From a virus (taxonomy: Duplodnaviria > Caudoviricetes): a stretch of DNA of 64,000 nucleotides. The translations under genes were made by a program, and so were the position numbers. Location of the stretch: IMG/VR virus record IMGVR_UViG_3300020465_001196. The stretch is one strand, 5' to 3'. Below are positions 58,470 through 64,000 of this stretch, one piece after another. Within the stretch, counting starts at the first letter, position 1. The number at the start of each line of letters is the position of its first letter. The notes beneath the pieces are model-generated. The model searched no databases, was not told the origin of the DNA, and worked only from the letters and a program-made list of their open reading frames with translations.

Positions 58470-60071
58470 TTATCCAATCGATATTGGCATTGGGTCTCTA
58501 TAATCGTCATCATTATCATCAAGTGTTGCACCTAATGACTCTTCCATTGTTGCGTCATATCTTGTTAGGAAATCAGTCATACGTATTACTAATAATAATG
58601 CGGCTACTAAATCATCATGCTCACCTGATTTAGCAGAAAAACTATTTCCTTTAGCAACATAAACTTTTAATTCTCTTATTAATGGTTTAGATGATAATGT
58701 AATTCTATCTGTCTCTACCCATGCTTTTAATTTTGTACAAGCAGTAACTTTTGATTTGTTTGTTGTGTTATAACCTTTACGCACTTGTCTACGTTGTTGA
58801 CCACCTTTACGTGGTTCATGTAAAAAGAATCCAGGAAATTTATCTTCGCCCATTTCATCAATAGTTACGATTGCCGCTTCACCAAGTGTATTATTTTCTA
58901 CAGTCCAATATATTTCTGGATTAGGTGTACCTAGCTCACGTAACTGTTGATCTATTTCTTTTAGTATGCTATGCATTATTCTAACTTGTCCCTGGATTGG
59001 AGTTTTGTTATGTTGCCATTCTGCAACTTGTTTAAAATCTGGTAAACTAAAAACTTGTATTGCGGCAAAGTCGCCACCTGTACCTAAACAAGGATCTAAT
59101 CCTATAACATAAGTACTACCTTTTTTAATTTTATCATACCAACGTACTTGACCGTGTTTTACCATAGGCTGTGTACCTTGTAGTGTAATTAATTTTAATC
59201 CATCAATAAGTGTTTCATCAAATGCGATAAATTCACATTCATGCTCACGTCTAAATCTTTCTTCACCAATACGTTGTCTTTCTTCTTTAGCCCAAACTTC
59301 ATCACGTTCTGGATGTTGACTCCAGTGGACAAAAGTTGGTCTAAAACCATTAAGCCCTACTTCTGCTGGATTTCCATATTCGTCTTGTAACTTATTAGCA
59401 CCACGCCAAAGTTGTGCAAATAAATCATCATCATTATTTGGTGTAGATGTAATTACACATTTACCACCTGTTGACAATGTTGGAGATAATGAAGTCCAAA
59501 ATTCTTTTGCTTTGTTTTGTGGTTCAACGAACGCAAACTCATCCATATATATCATTGATATAGACATACCACGTCCTGTTGTTTCTGTGGTTGTTTGTGC
59601 TATAATTCTTGACCCATTATCAAAATCCATTGACCCTTTATTATAACTTGTTACTCCACACCTAATATAATCTGGACATTCTTCATATGCAAATCTTACA
59701 CGTTGCATAATATCTTGTGCACCTTGATATTTGTGTGCCGCAATTAATATTAATGTATCTGGATGAAACATTGCATACCATAATAGGTATCCTGCCGCAC
59801 AGGTTGTTTTACCTGTTTGCCTTGCACACATGGCAATACTAAATCTATAACCATTGTATGCTTCTAATAATTCTTCTTGAAAAGGATAAGGTTTAAATTT
59901 CATACGACCTTTTGTTGGATGTTGTATCCACATATACTTTTTCATCCAATACATATAACCATTTTCTAAATCAGCACAACTTTTTAATTCTCTTATTTGT
60001 TTTGCTGTATATTTGGTTTTGGCGTATGCCTTTTTGACAAGATTGCCTTCTAATACTTTACTACGTGCCAT
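58470..60071 (-). CDS. Terminase large subunit (gp17-like)
   Basis: ARQTGKTT Walker A, YMDEFAF Walker B, ITSTPN, IGLDP, GEHDDLV. Confidence 0.96.
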   Translation of the reverse strand: MARSKVLEGNLVKKAYAKTKYTAKQIRELKSCADLENGYMYWMKKYMWIQHPTKGRMKFKPYPFQEELLEAYNGYRFSIAMCARQTGKTTCAAGYLLWYAMFHPDTLILIAAHKYQGAQDIMQRVRFAYEECPDYIRCGVTSYNKGSMDFDNGSRIIAQTTTETTGRGMSISMIYMDEFAFVEPQNKAKEFWTSLSPTLSTGGKCVITSTPNNDDDLFAQLWRGANKLQDEYGNPAEVGLNGFRPTFVHWSQHPERDEVWAKEERQRIGEERFRREHECEFIAFDETLIDGLKLITLQGTQPMVKHGQVRWYDKIKKGSTYVIGLDPCLGTGGDFAAIQVFSLPDFKQVAEWQHNKTPIQGQVRIMHSILKEIDQQLRELGTPNPEIYWTVENNTLGEAAIVTIDEMGEDKFPGFFLHEPRKGGQQRRQVRKGYNTTNKSKVTACTKLKAWVETDRITLSSKPLIRELKVYVAKGNSFSAKSGEHDDLVAALLLVIRMTDFLTRYDATMEESLGATLDDNDDDYRDPMPISIG

Positions 60072-60100
60072 ACTTGTATTTATGCTAATTAAATGCGTAC

Positions 60101-60349
60101 TTAATGAATATTAAAAATATCATCTACAGGATTGAATTCAACTTGTTTATAATTTCCTGAATGTGCTAAAAATACTTCAGAAATTACAGCATCAATATTA
60201 TCATGCCAATGATTTAAAAATTTATGAGCTTTTCTAAATTCAGGTGGGATATCATCAAACTGCCACATGAATAGTTGTATGATGTTTTCATAATCTGGCA
60301 TCCAATAATATATTTTGAGCGTAGTTACTCTTTCAGGAAACAGTATCAT
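60101..60349 (-). CDS. Usg-family protein
   Basis: IYYWMPDY..IIQLFMWQFDDIPPEF...KFLNHW..NID. Confidence 0.8.
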   Translation of the reverse strand: MILFPERVTTLKIYYWMPDYENIIQLFMWQFDDIPPEFRKAHKFLNHWHDNIDAVISEVFLAHSGNYKQVEFNPVDDIFNIH

Positions 60350-60366
60350 AAAAATATTTAACTGTT

Positions 60367-60735
60367 TTATGAAATTAGTAATACAATTAGATAATATGTT
60401 AAGTAATGACCTGCTTGATCAATTGAAGATAAAAACCAATATCCTTTACTCGGTGCAACTATACCTAAACGTTTTTGTGTTGATGATTTACAAAAATCAA
60501 TATGCCAATGTGCTAGATAATCTACTATACCAAAAAAGAATGCCATTGGCCATGGAATAAAAAAACATAAAACAAAAAAAGTACCAATGCCATGTTCAGC
60601 ATAATGAAACTGTGCCGACAATGAAAGGTAATTTGATTTTCTTGTTTTAAAATGAATTAAACTTTGTAAGTAAAGATCAATAATACAATGTTTGAAAAGT
60701 AAAAAAAGAAAAATTGTGGCTCCTAGTGTAGCCAT
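60367..60735 (-). CDS. DUF3307-like membrane protein
   Basis: KHCIIDLYLQ, H..EH, HWHID, IDQAGH His/Asp motifs across TM helices. Confidence 0.75.
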   Translation of the reverse strand: MATLGATIFLFLLFKHCIIDLYLQSLIHFKTRKSNYLSLSAQFHYAEHGIGTFFVLCFFIPWPMAFFFGIVDYLAHWHIDFCKSSTQKRLGIVAPSKGYWFLSSIDQAGHYLTYYLIVLLIS

Positions 60736-60740
60736 AACAA

Positions 60741-61058
60741 TTATTCCGCTTTAAACTTTGTATACTCGCCTTGTAGCTCTGTAGCTTTCGCTTCAACTAC
60801 ATCTTCATCAATTGGATTATCACCTGATCTTGCAGGAACAAATCTTAACTTGCGTTGTGCTTTTTTAGATGGAGTTACAATATCAGTGTCAATAACTCTT
60901 GCATCTGAATGTTGCATTTCTGCTTCAGCTTCTTCATCTGTTGCTTCTTCATCTGTTGCTTCAACTGAGTTAGTTGGCATAATGATTAGCGTAGGCTTAA
61001 TACCAGCTAGTGTTAATAATCTTGATAAACCGTTATCTTCATTAATTTTGTCTGACAT
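60741..61058 (-). CDS. Hypothetical acidic protein
   Basis: LSRLLTLAGI motif; short 15-bp tandem repeat (EATDE). Confidence 0.55.
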   Translation of the reverse strand: MSDKINEDNGLSRLLTLAGIKPTLIIMPTNSVEATDEEATDEEAEAEMQHSDARVIDTDIVTPSKKAQRKLRFVPARSGDNPIDEDVVEAKATELQGEYTKFKAE

Positions 61059-61654
61059 TATTTTTTCCCTTTCGCAATGTAACTTGTAAGTTTAACTTTA
61101 GGTTTATCTGTTTCTTTGCTTTCAGTTAAACCTGTTACAACTTCAACGTTTGCACGTTCTTTACTTGCTTTTTCTAATTTAGCTAGAAAACTTTTTTTAG
61201 ACTCTTCGCTGTGTACCACATCTTTAATATCTGCTTCTTCTTTCTTATCATATGGTTGTCCCATAACTGGTGCATAATCTTCTGGTTTAGCTTTTGCTTT
61301 AGCAATTTCTCTTTCTTGTTCTTGATACAAAGGATCGCTATCTGATTGTACAACTACTGACTCATATGGTAAACCCATATAGTCTGATAAATGTCTTGAT
61401 ACTGTTTGGTATGACACAGGCATACTTGTTGTTACTTCAACAATTGTAACTTCTGTATTAGTTATGTTTGCTGGAAAATCTAGTGGATGTTCTTGCATAA
61501 TAGTTTTTTTAGGTGACGACATTTTTACAACATTGTATTTTGACAATGCTTGTTCCATTGCACTTAAATGGTCATCTTCTAGCACACCAGCTATTTTTAC
61601 TTTAAAAGTGTACTCTTTTACTGCTTCTGCAAGATAGTCTTTAAACGTTTTCAT
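61058..61654 (-). CDS. Probable head-targeted protein
   Basis: MKTFKDYLAE N-terminus resembling the T4 capsid-targeting sequence. Confidence 0.6.
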   Translation of the reverse strand: MKTFKDYLAEAVKEYTFKVKIAGVLEDDHLSAMEQALSKYNVVKMSSPKKTIMQEHPLDFPANITNTEVTIVEVTTSMPVSYQTVSRHLSDYMGLPYESVVVQSDSDPLYQEQEREIAKAKAKPEDYAPVMGQPYDKKEEADIKDVVHSEESKKSFLAKLEKASKERANVEVVTGLTESKETDKPKVKLTSYIAKGKK

Positions 61655-61673
61655 AATATAATATCCTATAGTT

Positions 61674-62294
61674 TTATTTATCTTTTTTATCGTTATCCGT
61701 ATTATCTTGAACTTTGTCTATAATTTGCTTTAAAAGTTGGTTTCTTTCACCAACAATATAGCCCTCTCCTTCAACAATATCTGCTGAATTTGAGTCATTT
61801 CCAGTCATTTGATCAATACGTTGTTTCTTTAACTGTAGCTCAACCATACGCAATTTTTTCTCTAATTTTGCATTTTTGGCTTCTACAGCATTTTTAAGCA
61901 TACTAGAAGCAACTTCAAATAATTTACCAGAATGACGTACTTCTACATTCATACCTAAATCCATTAAATCTTTATATGATTTCATTGCTTCTTGTGAATA
62001 TGTGTCCATATCTATATCTTCTGAATCTAAACCTGTTACTTGTGGTAATGCTCTATCAATTTTTTCTGCTGTTGATAGTGCTTTTATGATAGACTGTGGA
62101 TTGCTTTTGCTACTCTCTCCGCTTTCGCTTTCGCTTTGCTCACTAACTTCCTGCTGAACTTCTTCCTGTCCACTTTCAATTTTCTTTTCTTCTGCTTCGC
62201 TGATAGTTTTTTGCTCATTGGCTTTCTCCTTGGCTTTTTCAATTACCTCTTCCATTGGCGGTAAATCAAACTCTTTTTCTAATTTTTTTGTCAT
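61674..62294 (-). CDS. Probable terminase small subunit (gp16-like)
   Basis: LFEVASSMLK..AKL..coiled coil..YIVGERNQLLKQI pattern; near gp17 and gp4. Confidence 0.5.
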   Translation of the reverse strand: MTKKLEKEFDLPPMEEVIEKAKEKANEQKTISEAEEKKIESGQEEVQQEVSEQSESESGESSKSNPQSIIKALSTAEKIDRALPQVTGLDSEDIDMDTYSQEAMKSYKDLMDLGMNVEVRHSGKLFEVASSMLKNAVEAKNAKLEKKLRMVELQLKKQRIDQMTGNDSNSADIVEGEGYIVGERNQLLKQIIDKVQDNTDNDKKDK

Positions 62295-62325
62295 TTATAT
62301 ATCACCTATTAACTACGTATATTAT

Positions 62326-62763
62326 TTATCTACCTTTTGGCTTCATTTTATATATAGAATCTTCATTTAATATACGGAAACGTATTCCTTTACGTTTACT
62401 CCATTCTCCAGCCGCTTTCCATTTAGCTCTGTTTAACACAATGGTAGCTCTATCTCTTGCAGTTTTGGCCGCTTCTTGAATCGTTTGTGCTCTTGGTTTT
62501 ACTTCTATTAGTTCACTAAAACGTCTACCTTTTCTATTAAGATATGTTACTAAAAAGTCTGGAATATACACCGTATACTTTCCAGTAAATGGATTACGAT
62601 AAGGAATTTTTAATGGTTCACTAGACCATGCAATTATATTAGGATGTTCATCACAGAACTTCATAAAAGAAAATTCCCATCCTGATCTATACATTGGAGT
62701 TTTTGTTCCAACATATTTACTTGGATTTTTTAATGTATAATAACCTTTTTGAAACCTTGGCAT
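62326..62763 (-). CDS. Head-completion nuclease (gp4 / TnsA-like)
   Basis: YRSGWE, WSSE..IPY, YIPDF, IEVKP, N.AKWKAA. Confidence 0.9.
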   Translation of the reverse strand: MPRFQKGYYTLKNPSKYVGTKTPMYRSGWEFSFMKFCDEHPNIIAWSSEPLKIPYRNPFTGKYTVYIPDFLVTYLNRKGRRFSELIEVKPRAQTIQEAAKTARDRATIVLNRAKWKAAGEWSKRKGIRFRILNEDSIYKMKPKGR

Positions 62764-62844
62764 AACATTACTATTTAACCATTAACCCCTACTGTATCCT
62801 GCTTAAAATAGGATTAAAGACTATAAATTAAGCAATTTAATCAT

Positions 62845-64000
62845 TTATTTCTTTTGAGCCCAGAATTGTTTATCAACTGGAACATCTTTAGGAGTAGTTT
62901 GCTGTGCTCTCGAAAGAATATGTCCTTCTGGATCACTTCCAGCTTTTTCAATATCACTAGTATTAAAATTTGCACAACTATGAGTGCAAAAAGTTAAATT
63001 ATATCTATCTTTATTTGGCCTTAAAAGATAATCTAACTTTTTATATACTGATGACGACATAACCTCTTTAATTGTATTTGTTGCTGACACTCTAATTTTC
63101 TTTTCCCAATCTTTACCTAATTTTGATACCCAATCAGTTAAGTAATATTGTTGTTCATAATCTCTTTGTAAATAAAATTTTTTTTGAGATACAACTGATG
63201 TTCCAAATTGTTCTAAAAATTTATTCATATCACTACTCCAACAACATGGCCAAACAGTCCCATCGCTCATAACTTGTAGAGACTTAGATATTTGCCAAGG
63301 ACAAGAGTGTATTTTTCCTGTTGCTGTATTTTCTAGTTCACTAACATAATTTTTTAAACTAGATTCAGTACTCATTACTTTTTCATGAGTTTTGTCTATT
63401 TTAGTATTTTTATGTTTAGACACTTCTTTAGACTTTTCTTTATCTTTTAATGTTCCTTTTTTAGTTCGTGATGTAGATTCAGAAATAATTCTGTTTACAG
63501 TATCATTGCTACCACCATATGGTTGAGCTATTTCTAATCTATCAAATTTATAATCAAAAGCCATTTGCCTTGCTTCATCTTGTTGATCCTTATTATAATC
63601 AAAATCTAACATTCTCCAACCATGTTTATAAGGAGCAACTTCTTTTATCATTTTAAATCTTTTTTCAATTATACTCCATGATGCTCCACGTCTATATGTG
63701 TCGCACTTTTCTCTTAATCCATCTACGCCAACAACTAATTCTACTGTTGGAAGTTTTATTAATTTTAAAAATGTATCATCACTTCCACCACATAAATTTG
63801 TGTGTAAAGTTATCTTAACATTTGGTAATAGTTTTATTATTGTTGTTACTATATCATATAATTTTGGATGAGAAAAACAATCACCAATATCGCCATCAAA
63901 CTTAATACGTTTTAAATTTTTTAAATCTTTAAATATTGGTTCAATTAATTCTAATGGAATATGTTGTTGATGATCTAAAACTATTTGTTTTGGTAACAAT
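62845..64000 (-). CDS. Radical SAM protein with SPASM/twitch-like domain (paralogue 4), 5'-truncated by window end
   Basis: FDGDIGD..HP, LHTN, VGVDG..YRRGASW, HSC..VWPCCW..CTHSC; CxxxCxxC would lie beyond the window. Confidence 0.8.
   Translation of the reverse strand, partial: LLPKQIVLDHQQHIPLELIEPIFKDLKNLKRIKFDGDIGDCFSHPKLYDIVTTIIKLLPNVKITLHTNLCGGSDDTFLKLIKLPTVELVVGVDGLREKCDTYRRGASWSIIEKRFKMIKEVAPYKHGWRMLDFDYNKDQQDEARQMAFDYKFDRLEIAQPYGGSNDTVNRIISESTSRTKKGTLKDKEKSKEVSKHKNTKIDKTHEKVMSTESSLKNYVSELENTATGKIHSCPWQISKSLQVMSDGTVWPCCWSSDMNKFLEQFGTSVVSQKKFYLQRDYEQQYYLTDWVSKLGKDWEKKIRVSATNTIKEVMSSSVYKKLDYLLRPNKDRYNLTFCTHSCANFNTSDIEKAGSDPEGHILSRAQQTTPKDVPVDKQFWAQKK

Larger units (their letters stand above)
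7914..62779 (-). promoter_or_regulatory. Dispersed T4-late-like promoter motif N(A/T)TAAATA
   Basis: Minus-strand copies at 7914, 10395, 11533, 18255, 21000, 23341, 28167, 33421, 35399, 36609, 37774, 47087, 57845, 60077, 62323, 62772 and a plus-strand copy at 52288, each shortly upstream of a start codon. Confidence 0.65.

Noticed and set aside
28505-60071. Inteins or group I introns in nrdA, nrdB, helicase, terminase or recA
   Set aside because: ORF lengths are typical and motifs are contiguous; no splicing motifs or homing endonucleases seen
275-60560. Many plus-strand ORFs of 60-180 aa in the track (e.g. 275-691, 6964-7284, 17405-17710, 22523-23068, 53538-53957, 42498-42683)
   Set aside because: Shadow frames antisense to well-supported minus-strand genes; Ser/Phe/Ile-rich composition, no RBS or promoter
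60935-60975. 15-bp tandem repeat gcttcttcatctgtt
   Set aside because: Only about two copies, in frame within an acidic low-complexity protein segment
1-64000. Bacterial chromosome or prophage interpretation suggested by dnaK, fusA, rplK, infC, clpXP
   Set aside because: Each gene lacks its usual bacterial operon neighbours and is interleaved with T4-like core genes (gp17, gp32, gp41, UvsWXY, gp4, PAAR); no integrase or att site seen
1-64000. Alternative genetic code (stop-codon reassignment) as in some jumbo phages
   Set aside because: Conserved proteins are full-length under code 11 and end properly at TAG (fusA, clpP, clpX) and TAA

Overview
This 64-kb window is strongly AT-rich (roughly 30% GC by eye, not computed) and almost all genes lie on the minus strand. 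It is best read as part of a large T4-like (jumbo) myophage genome, probably infecting a marine alphaproteobacterium. DnaK, Hsp20, ClpP, uL11, SbmA, QueD and Usg look alphaproteobacterial/SAR11-like, which is an inference from recalled family sequences. The right half carries the phage core: NrdAB, gp41-like helicase, ThyX, primase, a 193-aa mini DnaE, clamp-loader small subunit, UvsW/UvsY/UvsX, gp32 SSB, large and probable small terminase, gp4 head-completion nuclease, PAAR and virion proteins. The left half is a very rich host-takeover region. It holds proteostasis genes (ClpP, ClpS, ClpX, DnaK, Hsp20), translation genes (bS21, IF3, uL11, EF-G, Smr, Csp, 4 tRNAs), a MotA/MotB-like three-gene membrane module, an SbmA/BacA peptide transporter, NadE, SpeD, QueD, FdxA, SufT and an ALDH7. 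Leu/Phe/Val dehydrogenase and a second ClpP lie in the right half, and four radical-SAM paralogues are dispersed across the window. Reading the intergenic DNA gave five main signals. (1) At least 11 sigma70-type promoters and 5 late-type (NATAAATA) promoters are placed so that transcription would start on the A of the start codon, i.e. systematic leaderless mRNAs, in a phage that also encodes IF3 and bS21. (2) An uL11-Csp-Smr-EF-G-SNase-YdcH ribosome module. (3) An RpoH-type promoter plus ROSE-like thermometer ahead of hsp20-dnaK. (4) A multi-hairpin candidate ncRNA at about 19840-20120. (5) A preQ1-I-like hairpin ahead of queD. No database searches or folding programs were run; all calls are from motif recognition.
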